A stretch of DNA of 64,000 nucleotides from the NCBI GenBank assembly GCA_900319565.1, contig ONPC01000133.1:12323-76322 (forward strand), in the 5' to 3' direction. This DNA is from an uncultured Eubacteriales bacterium. Lineage in GTDB: Bacteria > Bacillota > Clostridia > Lachnospirales > Lachnospiraceae. Under the pieces are notes generated by a model that saw nothing but the letters and a program-made list of their open reading frames with translations, made no database searches and was not told the origin of the DNA. Both the position numbers and the translations under genes were made by a program. Below are positions 1 to 8,802 of this stretch, in pieces. Every line of letters begins with the position of its first letter. Within the stretch, counting starts at the first letter, position 1.

Positions 1-291
1 CCGAAGATGCTGGGAGGCATGGCAAAACTGCGTCTGAAGATCGACGCACAGACCGGTAAACTGACGCTCGACGATTACCGGATGGACTACGTGGTGACGC
101 ACTTTCAGTACGACCCGGCGATTGAACTGTTTTCCGGAATGACGGCGATACCGTGGAGCGATTACACGCGAAGCCGCGCATCACGGCACGGGCTGATCAG
201 CTGGGGAAAGAAGTTTTCCTATGATATGCTTGAGGAGATCATTCGGAACAACGGTCCGGTGACGAAGGAAGAAATCGAAAGGATTCCTTAA
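1..291 (+). CDS. 3' end of a hypothetical protein (N-terminus lies upstream of the window)
   Basis: Frame 1 is open from base 1 to the TAA at 289-291. The ORF track shows 94 aa from an internal Met. No family recognised from the visible residues. Confidence 0.4.
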   Translation, partial: PKMLGGMAKLRLKIDAQTGKLTLDDYRMDYVVTHFQYDPAIELFSGMTAIPWSDYTRSRASRHGLISWGKKFSYDMLEEIIRNNGPVTKEEIERIP

Positions 292-312
292 GGATTTCAA
301 AATAAAAATCCG

Positions 313-341
313 TTGAAATGAACATGAAAATATGGTAACAT
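313..341 (+). promoter_or_regulatory. Sigma-A-type promoter candidate for the xpaC-telA pair
   Basis: TTGAAA (313-318), 17-bp spacer, TAACAT (336-341), with TG at -15/-14. It overlaps the ORF-track ATG at 340, which favours the downstream start at 415. Confidence 0.5.
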
Positions 342-414
342 GTTAATGTGCGGTCGAATCGGCAGATTTCGACTCTGTAAGAATGCTTTTTACTATAAAG
401 GTGGTGAGTTTATC

Positions 415-2049
415 ATGGCTGACAAAATGAATCCGAATGACCTGGGCGACACAATACGTCGTTCTGTTGAGCAGGCGGTGAATACGATCAATTCGATGGT
501 CGGCCAGATAACCGGAACGACCCCAAATACAAATCAACAACAAGGCCGGCCGCAGAGTTTGGCGGCTCGCCGGAAGGCACAGGAGCAGCAGGCGGCACTT
601 AACGGACAGAATTCCGTCGCGCAGGCAGCGCAGCAGGTGCGAAATCAGTTTGATGCAGCGCCGAAGTATCCGGCGGTCTATTATCCGCAGCCCGGAGTTC
701 CGGGCGTGCAGTACACCGGACAGCCGGTTCAGCAGATGCCGGGACAGCCGATGCAGACGCTGCCGCAGGGACAGGTTCCCGGCGTGCAGCCGTACGTGAG
801 CCCTATGCAGCAACCGATGCAGCCGGGTGCGGTTCCGCGTCAAAATGTGCAGCAAAACTTTATGCAGCCGGTGCCACAAGCGGGCCAGGCGGGCTCTCCG
901 GGTCAGCGTGGACGCGGGGCGTTCGGAGGACGCGGCGGAGCGGGCGGCAACCAGAATGTAAATCAATATCCGATGGTGGAAACGAATACGCATATTAACG
1001 ATACGCGTTATCCCGATTATATGCGGACCAGCCGTCCGGCTCCGGTGCGCAGGGCGAACCAGCCGGCACAGCAGATGCGTGTGACACGTAAGGCGGACGC
1101 ATTTCCCGGTGAGGAAGACAACAACACGCGTAACGTAACGTTTCTGGTATTCGCCATTCTGTCCGGCATCTTTTCTTTCGGCATGCTCTCGGAGATCTTT
1201 GACGGAGAGGAGACCGTAGGCGGCGGGATAATAGGATTTGTGCTGGCTCTGGGGGTCTTCGGAGTGTTCCTTTTCCTGTTTATGCGCTCCAAGGCGAAGA
1301 AAAAACAATATGCACGGTTCCGCGAATATATCAAACGATATGCGACCCAGCCGCAGGTCTCGGTTCTCGAGATATCGGCGGCCATGGGCGTCGAGCCTTC
1401 CGTAGTCCGTGAAGACTGGAAGGCCATGATCGAACTCGGTGTGTTCCCGCAGGGGCATTTCGCGGCGGGCGAACAGGTGATCTACCTTTCGGATGCCGGC
1501 TACGAAAACTATATGAAGACCTACGGACTTTCGGAAGGAAGCGGAAAGGGGGCGGCCGGAGCATTGCCCGCGCCCGCAGCAGTAGAAGAAAAGAAGCACT
1601 CCCCGGAAGTCGAAAAGGCACTGGAACAGGGGCGCAGTTATCTGCTTCAGCTCCGTAATGAAAACGACGCGATCCCCGGTGAGGTGGTCAGCCGTAAGCT
1701 GGACAGCCTGGAGGATGTCTGCAAACGTATCTTCCGCGTGGTGGAAGACCATCCCGAGAAACTTCCGGAGATCCGGAAATTCATGGAATACTACATGCCG
1801 ACGACCTTGAAACTGGTGCATACGTACCGTGAGTTCGAAGATCAGAAGCTGGAGGGTGACAACATCACCCGTACGAAAAAAGATATCGAGGATACTCTTG
1901 ATATGATCAATGTGGCGTTTGAGAACCTGCTGAATGACCTGTTTAAGGATGCGGCAGTGGAAGCGTCCGCCGACATTTCGGTCCTGAATGCGCTGTTTGC
2001 GCAGGAAGGCCTTAAGGAAAAGGAATTTGAAGTGATTCCGAGAAAATAG
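415..2049 (+). CDS. xpaC: XpaC-like (5-bromo-4-chloroindolyl phosphate hydrolysis family) membrane protein with a long Q/P/G-rich N-terminal region
   Basis: ORF 340-2049. Preferred start is ATG 415, preceded by GGTGGTGAG (401-409). The protein has a Q/P/G-rich low-complexity region, then two hydrophobic helices (FLVFAILSGIFSFGML, IIGFVLALGVFGVFLFLF), then a helical C-terminus (KFMEYYMPTTLKLVHTYREFE). I recognise the C-terminus as XpaC family, which is classically paired with TelA. Confidence 0.65.
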   Translation: MADKMNPNDLGDTIRRSVEQAVNTINSMVGQITGTTPNTNQQQGRPQSLAARRKAQEQQAALNGQNSVAQAAQQVRNQFDAAPKYPAVYYPQPGVPGVQYTGQPVQQMPGQPMQTLPQGQVPGVQPYVSPMQQPMQPGAVPRQNVQQNFMQPVPQAGQAGSPGQRGRGAFGGRGGAGGNQNVNQYPMVETNTHINDTRYPDYMRTSRPAPVRRANQPAQQMRVTRKADAFPGEEDNNTRNVTFLVFAILSGIFSFGMLSEIFDGEETVGGGIIGFVLALGVFGVFLFLFMRSKAKKKQYARFREYIKRYATQPQVSVLEISAAMGVEPSVVREDWKAMIELGVFPQGHFAAGEQVIYLSDAGYENYMKTYGLSEGSGKGAAGALPAPAAVEEKKHSPEVEKALEQGRSYLLQLRNENDAIPGEVVSRKLDSLEDVCKRIFRVVEDHPEKLPEIRKFMEYYMPTTLKLVHTYREFEDQKLEGDNITRTKKDIEDTLDMINVAFENLLNDLFKDAAVEASADISVLNALFAQEGLKEKEFEVIPRK

Positions 2050-2085
2050 AAATAGCATGGCGAAACCGTGCGGATAGGAGTAGAT

Positions 2086-3306
2086 ATGGATGAAACTATG
2101 AAGCCTCAGGAGCAGGTAAAGGAAGCGGTTCAGGAGCAGGTGATCGAGACGATCGTGGCGGATGCGCCCGAGGCGCCCAGCCTTACATTGACCCCGTTTG
2201 ACTCACCCGAGACGAAGCCCGTTCTGGTCACAGATGCACAGAAGGAAGAGGAGCAGGTCGAGGATATGACCGCTGCGATCCTGTCTGAACAGGAACTGAA
2301 GCAGGTGGAGCAGTTCTCCAAGCAGATCGACTTGAAGGATACAAACTCTATCATGCAGTACGGTGCCGGAGCGCAGAAGAAGGTTGCGGATTTCTCTGAG
2401 GCAGCTTTGAATAACGTGCGCACGAAGGACCTCGGTGAGGTCGGCGGCATGCTGTCTTCCCTGGTTACCGAACTGAAGTCGTTCGACGTGAAGGAGAACG
2501 AGAAGGGCATCCGCGCATGGTTTAAGAGAAGCGCGAATAAAGTCGAGGCCATGAAGGCGAAGTACGCAAAGGCCGAGACAAATGTCAACAAGGTTTCCGA
2601 GTCTCTCGAGAAGCATCAGGTGACACTGCTTCGTGATGTTGCGATGCTGGACAACATGTACGCGACCAACCAGAACTATTATAAAGAACTGACCATGTAT
2701 ATCCTGGCCGGCAAAAAGCGCTTAGAGCGCGCTAAGAATGAAGAACTCGTCGCACTGAATGAGAAGGCAAAGCAGACCGGTCTGCCCGAGGATGCACAGG
2801 CTGCAAACGATTTTGCGGCGCTGATCAACCGCTTTGAGAAGAAACTCCACGACCTGGAACTGACCCGCGTGATCTCCATTCAGATGGGACCGCAGATCCG
2901 CCCGGTACAAAGCAACGATACAGTCATGAGCGAGAAGATCCAGTCCACACTGGTGAACACGATCCCGCTTTGGAAGAGCCAGATGGTCCTGGCGCTCGGC
3001 ATGAGCCACTCCATGGAAGCTGCTAAGGCACAGGGAGAGGTGACCGACATGACGAACGAACTGCTGAAGAAGAACGCAGAGATGCTGAAGATCTCTTCCA
3101 TCGAGACGGCGAAGGAATCCGAGCGCGGCATCGTTGAGATCGAGACGCTGCAGCAGACGAACCAGTCCTTGATCGATACGCTGGATGAGGTTATGCGCAT
3201 TCAGAACGAAGGCCGCGAGAAGCGTGCGGCTGCGGAGATCGAACTTCGTAAGATCGAGAACCAGATGAAGGAAAAACTGCTCGAGATGAGCACTCGCAAG
3301 CAGTAA
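2086..3306 (+). CDS. telA: TelA/KlaA-family toxic anion resistance protein
   Basis: ORF 2068-3306. Preferred start is ATG 2086 with AGGAG at 2076-2080. The protein is helical and coiled-coil rich, with IMQYGAGAQKKVADFSE and LVTELKSFD segments typical of TelA. It is adjacent to the xpaC-like gene. Confidence 0.8.
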   Translation: MDETMKPQEQVKEAVQEQVIETIVADAPEAPSLTLTPFDSPETKPVLVTDAQKEEEQVEDMTAAILSEQELKQVEQFSKQIDLKDTNSIMQYGAGAQKKVADFSEAALNNVRTKDLGEVGGMLSSLVTELKSFDVKENEKGIRAWFKRSANKVEAMKAKYAKAETNVNKVSESLEKHQVTLLRDVAMLDNMYATNQNYYKELTMYILAGKKRLERAKNEELVALNEKAKQTGLPEDAQAANDFAALINRFEKKLHDLELTRVISIQMGPQIRPVQSNDTVMSEKIQSTLVNTIPLWKSQMVLALGMSHSMEAAKAQGEVTDMTNELLKKNAEMLKISSIETAKESERGIVEIETLQQTNQSLIDTLDEVMRIQNEGREKRAAAEIELRKIENQMKEKLLEMSTRKQ

Positions 3307-3350
3307 AATATAAGACCGGGATCTTTCGAACCGGTAAAAAGTGCCGAAAG

Positions 3351-3382
3351 CGGCGCAGGAAAACTTCCTGTGCCGCTTTTTT
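3351..3382 (+). terminator. Rho-independent terminator after telA
   Basis: Stem CGGCGCAGG (3351-3359) pairs with CCTGTGCCG (3367-3375) with one G-U pair. It is followed by CTTTTTTC. Confidence 0.7.
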
Positions 3383-3920
3383 CTCGGCATTTTACACAAA
3401 TTGCAGGCGATTATTTCAGTAAATTTGATAGAAACACTTGATTCCGAGCGTAATAAATGCTATACTATGTATCAGCGAAGTGGATTTCCCCCCTAAATCC
3501 ATAAGATTATTACAAAAAAGGCCGAAAAGACAGCTTCTGATTTTGTATATATTGTCCAACCGGAACGGAAAAAAGCGGTTGGACGGGGAGGAACCAGTCC
3601 GAAATATGGGTTTTCTCTTGAAAAATAGAAAAAACCTATGATTTCCAAAGGAGTATCAAAGCAATAATTGGGAAGAAGCACGCAATAATTATAATGCGGA
3701 CAAAACGTGTTTGTTGTAAGATTATTACATAAATATGTGGAGTGTATCGCCTGTTTTTTGTGCGGTTAGCACAAAGCCATAAGGCGGGTTTTTGCATGCA
3801 TGACGATATCTGACGGAACCTACGTGACGGCGCCTTCCGCGCCGGGTTCTTTGCACGGTATGCATACAAAAGTCTAAAGTACGCTTTTCCATTGAAATGA
3901 TATACAGAGAGGAGCTATTT

Positions 3921-6900
3921 ATGAGAAACAGAAAGCAAAAGCAGCTGATCAAATGGGCGATCATTGGCGTGATTGTTGTTGCGTTTATCGTCTATTTGGC
4001 TTGGCCGAAGAGCATTCCGAACTACGAGAAGAAGTATGCTGACGTTGATATCGAAGCAGAAACCGCCAGACTGAGTGCCGAAGCCGCAAAAAAAGCTGCA
4101 GAAACTCAGACTAAGCGCGCGGATAACTACTCGATCTACAAGCTTAAGCTTGCAGATAAGAAGGCTGGCACTTCTGTGATCGACGTCGACCTGACGAAGT
4201 TCACGAACGGTAAGGACACCGCGATGGATACGATCGAAGGTGTTAAAGCGCTCGTAACTAAGGACGGCGGTTCCGTTGACCTTACTTTTGATGCGCCTGA
4301 GGAAGGTCTCTACACGATCTATGTAGAGTATTTCCCGCTCGGCGGACGCAAAGACGACACCTACGAATCGAGAGGCGTTGACCCTGAGCGCGCACTGTAT
4401 ATCTACAATGCGGAGACCGGAGAGTTCGAACTTCCGTTCCGCGGATGTGACGCATTTACATTTACCCGTATCTGGACAGACCGTGATCCGGTTAAAACGG
4501 ATAACCGCGGAAACGAGATCCGCCCGGTTCAGGCAGAGGCACCCCGTTGGGAGAGCGTAAGCCTTCACGACTACCAGGGCTACGAGAAATATCCCTATGA
4601 GTTCTATTTCAACAAGGGCGAGAACAAGATCCGCCTGAAGGCGACGAACGAGACAATGGCTATTCGCAAACTCGAACTTCGCCCGCTTGAGAAGACTCCC
4701 AGCTACGACGAATATCTGGCTGCCAACCCGGCATCCAAATTCTCTGAGAATCCCTCCGGTGAGATCCCTGTTATCCAGGGCGAGGATGCTCAGTATCGTT
4801 CCACCCCTTCTCTGTATCGTACATATGATCACTCATCTCCGAACACGGAACCCTATAACATTAAGAAGACTGTCTTCAACATGATCGGCGGAACACAGTG
4901 GCGTGTTGCCGGTGACTGGATCGAATGGGATTTCGAGGTTCCTCAGGATGGCTACTACGAGATCACGATCAAGGGACGTCAGTTCTACAACCGTGGTTAC
5001 GTGTCCAACCGTAAAGTCATGATCGACGGTGAGGTTCCTTTCGAGGAAGCAGCAGTTGTTGCATTCCCGTACTCCTCCGACTGGACCATGAAGACCATCG
5101 CGGATGCGGATGGAAATCCTTATAAGTTCGCCCTTACAAAAGGCAAGCACACGATCCGCCTCGAGGTAACCCTCGGCGACCTGGGCGACATTCTTAAGAG
5201 CATGGATGCGAGCGTAGCTCGTATGAACGAAGACTATCGTAAGATCATCGTCCTTACCGGTACGGAGCCGGATGTCTATCGTGACTACGGCATCGCCGAA
5301 GAGTTCCCGGAAGTTATCGAGGATATGAACCTTGAGTACAAGATCCTCTATAAGACCGTTGATGATCTGGTTAAGTATTCCGGTGAAAAAGGAACGCAGG
5401 TTGCATCGACCGAGAACCTCGCGATCATGCTGGAGCGTTTCGCTAAGAGACCTTCCCGTATCACAAAGGGCCTGGGGGGCTTCAAAGAGAGCGTAGCTCA
5501 GCTCGGAACCGATATCCTGACACTCTCCGAGCAGCAGCTCGATATCGACGCGATCTACATTACCGCACCGAACGCAGAAGTGCCGAAGGTTAAGAGCAAC
5601 TTCCTGGCAAATGCAATGCACGAGGTGCGCAGCTTCGTTGCTTCCTTTACGATCGACTACAATTCACTCGGTGATACCTATGGCTCAAACGAGGACCCGG
5701 TCAATGTATGGATCCTGACCGGTCGTGACCAGAGCCAGGTTCTGAAGAGCATGATCGATGACAACTTCACACCGAACCATCATATCAACGTTAACCTCAA
5801 GCTGGTTACCGCTGCAGCCCTGATGCCTGCAGTAGTTGCAGGTAACGGACCGGATATCGTTCTCACGACCGGCCAGGGCGACCCCGTCAACTATGCGATC
5901 CGTGGCGCAGCATACAACCTGGCAAACTTCCCCGATCTGGAGGAAGTAACCAAGAATTACCACGAGAGCGCACTTCTTCCTTATAGATATGATACGGAAG
6001 ACGAAGACGGAACCGTACACCCCGGTCTGTACGCGATCCCCGAGACACAGTACTATAACGTTATGTTCTACCGTACAGATGTCATGGAAGAGCTCGGGCT
6101 CAAAGCTCCGGATACATGGGATCAGCTCATTGCCATGCTCCCTGCGATCCAGAGTAAAAACCTGAACGTAGCGATCCCTTCCGTTGAGCGTATGATCGGC
6201 GGCCAGATGAACCCCGACCTTTCATCGTTCTTCGCTATGCTGTATCAGCACGGCGGCGTTCTCTACGATGAGAAGCATACGAAAGTCCTTTTGGATGAGC
6301 AGAAGGCGGTTGAAGCATTTGAAATGTATACCAAGTTCTTCACTCACTATAAGACACCGAGAAGCTACGACTTCTCGAACCGTTTCCGTTCCGGTGAGAT
6401 TCCTCTCGGTATGGCAGACTACAACACATACAACACTCTGGCGGTATTCGCGCCTGAGATCCGCGGCCTGTGGAAGTTCGGTCTGGTACCCGGAACCAAG
6501 CAGGAGAACGGAACGATCGACCACTCGACCGGTTGCTGGGGCCAGTGCTCCATGATGCTTTCCAGCGTTAAGGATCCTAATAAAGCATGGGAGTTCCTGA
6601 AGTGGTGGGCAGATCCTGATACGCAGGTTCGCTTCGGTCGTGAACTCGAGGCGGTTATGGGTGATGCAGCCCGTTACGCTACCGCAAACAAGACAGCATT
6701 CCCTAAGCTCGGATGGAGCAGCGAAGACCGTGATACCCTCATGGCTCAGTGGGAATGGGTTAAGTGTAACCCCGAAGTACCCGGCGGTTACTACACATCC
6801 CGTCATATCACCAACGCCGTTCGTGCAGTTGTAAACAGAAACGACGACGCGCGTGAGACATTGCTTGACTACACTCGCGATATTAACGATGAGATCGCGA

Positions 6901-6950
6901 AGAAACGTAAAGAGTTCGGACTTGACACCGGAAAGGAGGGAGATAAATAA
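3921..6950 (+). CDS. Giant membrane-anchored ABC substrate-binding protein (N-terminal TM, two CBM-like beta-sandwich segments, family-1 SBP domain)
   Basis: ORF 3897-6950. Preferred start is ATG 3921 with GGAG at 3911-3914. It has a TM helix (WAIIGVIVVAFIVYLAW). Two CBM6/35-like stretches follow (EGLYTIYVEYFP...GENKIRLKA and DGYYEITIKGRQ...GKHTIRLEV). The C-terminal ~420 aa are SBP-like. Two MalF/MalG-type permease genes follow directly. Confidence 0.75.
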   Translation: MRNRKQKQLIKWAIIGVIVVAFIVYLAWPKSIPNYEKKYADVDIEAETARLSAEAAKKAAETQTKRADNYSIYKLKLADKKAGTSVIDVDLTKFTNGKDTAMDTIEGVKALVTKDGGSVDLTFDAPEEGLYTIYVEYFPLGGRKDDTYESRGVDPERALYIYNAETGEFELPFRGCDAFTFTRIWTDRDPVKTDNRGNEIRPVQAEAPRWESVSLHDYQGYEKYPYEFYFNKGENKIRLKATNETMAIRKLELRPLEKTPSYDEYLAANPASKFSENPSGEIPVIQGEDAQYRSTPSLYRTYDHSSPNTEPYNIKKTVFNMIGGTQWRVAGDWIEWDFEVPQDGYYEITIKGRQFYNRGYVSNRKVMIDGEVPFEEAAVVAFPYSSDWTMKTIADADGNPYKFALTKGKHTIRLEVTLGDLGDILKSMDASVARMNEDYRKIIVLTGTEPDVYRDYGIAEEFPEVIEDMNLEYKILYKTVDDLVKYSGEKGTQVASTENLAIMLERFAKRPSRITKGLGGFKESVAQLGTDILTLSEQQLDIDAIYITAPNAEVPKVKSNFLANAMHEVRSFVASFTIDYNSLGDTYGSNEDPVNVWILTGRDQSQVLKSMIDDNFTPNHHINVNLKLVTAAALMPAVVAGNGPDIVLTTGQGDPVNYAIRGAAYNLANFPDLEEVTKNYHESALLPYRYDTEDEDGTVHPGLYAIPETQYYNVMFYRTDVMEELGLKAPDTWDQLIAMLPAIQSKNLNVAIPSVERMIGGQMNPDLSSFFAMLYQHGGVLYDEKHTKVLLDEQKAVEAFEMYTKFFTHYKTPRSYDFSNRFRSGEIPLGMADYNTYNTLAVFAPEIRGLWKFGLVPGTKQENGTIDHSTGCWGQCSMMLSSVKDPNKAWEFLKWWADPDTQVRFGRELEAVMGDAARYATANKTAFPKLGWSSEDRDTLMAQWEWVKCNPEVPGGYYTSRHITNAVRAVVNRNDDARETLLDYTRDINDEIAKKRKEFGLDTGKEGDK

Positions 6951-7883
6951 ATGAGTTTCGCCGGCTATAAGAGAAAGAAAATCAACCAGCTGAAATGGAC
7001 CTGGAAAGATGCCAAGAAACACAAGGTTTTATATCTCTTCCTGCTTCCGTATTTCGCGGTATTCACTCTGTTTACCGTTGCACCGGTTGTCGTATCCCTG
7101 GTCCTGAGTTTCACATACTACAACGTATTCGAAGCTCCCCGGTTCCACGGACTGACCAACTACATCAACCTGCTTCTTGCAGACGACATTTTCCTGACTG
7201 CGGTTAAGAACACATTCCTGCTCGCAGTTATCACAGGCCCGATCGGATACCTTGCATCCTTCATGTTTGCATGGTTCATCCACGAGCTTCCCAGATACGT
7301 TCGTGCAGTTGCCGTTTTGGTATTCTACGCACCTTCGATCGCAGGCGGCGCATTCATTATCTGGTCCCTCATCTTCAGTGGAGATAGCAAGGGTTACCTG
7401 AACGCCATCCTGGTTGAAACAGGTATCATGAGCAGCCCGATCCTGTGGCTTACCGATACCCGGTACATGATGCCCGTAGTCATTATCGTAGTACTTTGGA
7501 TGTCTCTCGGTGCCGGCTTCCTTTCATTCGTTGCCGGACTTCAGACAGTTGATGCCGCTCAGTATGAAGCGGGCTACGTTGACGGTATTAAAAACCGTTG
7601 GCAGGAGCTTTGGTACATCACCCTCCCGAACATGAAAGGTATGTTGATGTTCGGTGCCGTTATGGCGATCACACAGTCCTTTGGTGTCGGCGATGTTACC
7701 CAGCAGCTCTGCGGTATGCCCAGTACCGACTACGCCGTACATACGGCAGTTAACCACCTGGTCGACTACGGTACGCTTCGTTTTGAAATGGGTTACGCAT
7801 CAGCGATCGCGACGATCCTGTTCCTGTCGATGTTCTTATGTAATAAAGCTGTACAGTCTCTGCTCCGCAGAGTCGGTCAGTAG
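6951..7883 (+). CDS. Carbohydrate ABC transporter permease (MalF/LplB-like)
   Basis: Polytopic hydrophobic profile. EAA-loop motif YEAGYVDGIKNRWQELWYITLPNM. The start abuts the SBP stop codon. Confidence 0.85.
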   Translation: MSFAGYKRKKINQLKWTWKDAKKHKVLYLFLLPYFAVFTLFTVAPVVVSLVLSFTYYNVFEAPRFHGLTNYINLLLADDIFLTAVKNTFLLAVITGPIGYLASFMFAWFIHELPRYVRAVAVLVFYAPSIAGGAFIIWSLIFSGDSKGYLNAILVETGIMSSPILWLTDTRYMMPVVIIVVLWMSLGAGFLSFVAGLQTVDAAQYEAGYVDGIKNRWQELWYITLPNMKGMLMFGAVMAITQSFGVGDVTQQLCGMPSTDYAVHTAVNHLVDYGTLRFEMGYASAIATILFLSMFLCNKAVQSLLRRVGQ

Positions 7884-7901
7884 GAAGGAGGATCGTGAAT
7901 C

Positions 7902-8789
7902 GTGGCTACTACTAAAACTAAAGTCAAAAAAGGACGTATTCGTGAAGGACGTAAGCCGAACCGTTCCATCGGCGGCGATATATTCGTCTACTTCGTACTG
8001 ATCCTCTTCGGCGCATTCTTCGTATTCCCGTTGATCTACGCGATCAACAACTCGTTGAAGCCGCTGAACGAAATTTTCATGTATCCGCCGAAGCTGTTCG
8101 TGCAGAACCCGACGACGGATAACTTCTCCGATCTGTTCCTGCTCATGGGACAGTCCTGGGTACCGTTTTCCAGATACATCTTCAATACGGTATTCATGAC
8201 ACTCCTCGGTACGGTTGGACACATCCTGTTCGCATCCATGGGTGCTTACGCGCTGTCCAAATACCGTTTCCCCGGAAGCCGGTTCCTGTTCTCGCTGGTT
8301 GTTACGACCCTTATGTTCTCTACATACGTAACCGCCATCCCGAACTTCATTATCCTCAGTAAGTTGCACATGATCGATACACCTTTAGCGATCATCATCC
8401 CTGCATGGGGCTCCCCGATCGGTTTCTTCCTGATCAAGCAGTTCATGGATACCATTCCGGACACCTTGATCGAAGCAGCAAAGATCGACGGTGCAAAAGA
8501 AGGACGTATTTTCTGGCGTATCGTCATGCCGATCATTCGTCCGGCATGGCTCACAGCTATGATCTTCTCCATTCAGGCACTGTGGAATAACGGCGGTGGT
8601 TCGTTCATCTACGCCGAGGAACTCAAAGGTCTTCCCGCAGCACTTGGTCAGATCACTGCCGGTGGTGTCGCAAGACAGGGTGCCGGTAACGCTGCAACCG
8701 TTGTTATGATGATCGTTCCGATCTTAGCCTTCATTTTGACACAGAGTAACATCATCGAAACGATGGCTAATTCCGGTATTAAGGACTAA
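7902..8789 (+). CDS. Carbohydrate ABC transporter permease (MalG/LplC-like)
   Basis: GTG start at 7902 downstream of GGAAGGAGGA (7883-7892). EAA-loop motif LIEAAKIDGAKEGRIFWRIVMPIIRP. Six-TM-type profile. Confidence 0.85.
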   Translation: MATTKTKVKKGRIREGRKPNRSIGGDIFVYFVLILFGAFFVFPLIYAINNSLKPLNEIFMYPPKLFVQNPTTDNFSDLFLLMGQSWVPFSRYIFNTVFMTLLGTVGHILFASMGAYALSKYRFPGSRFLFSLVVTTLMFSTYVTAIPNFIILSKLHMIDTPLAIIIPAWGSPIGFFLIKQFMDTIPDTLIEAAKIDGAKEGRIFWRIVMPIIRPAWLTAMIFSIQALWNNGGGSFIYAEELKGLPAALGQITAGGVARQGAGNAATVVMMIVPILAFILTQSNIIETMANSGIKD

Positions 8790-8802
8790 GGGGGTGCTGA
8801 GA

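Noticed and set aside
343-2058. 571-aa ORF antisense to the xpaC-like gene
   Set aside because: It exactly shadows a well-supported plus-strand gene. It is R/H/L-rich with no RBS and no recognisable domain. This is a typical shadow ORF in GC-rich coding DNA.
3438-3964. Short ORFs (62-79 aa) in the leader upstream of the giant SBP gene
   Set aside because: They are mutually overlapping, K/R/F/I-rich and lack an RBS. This fits AT-rich non-coding DNA.
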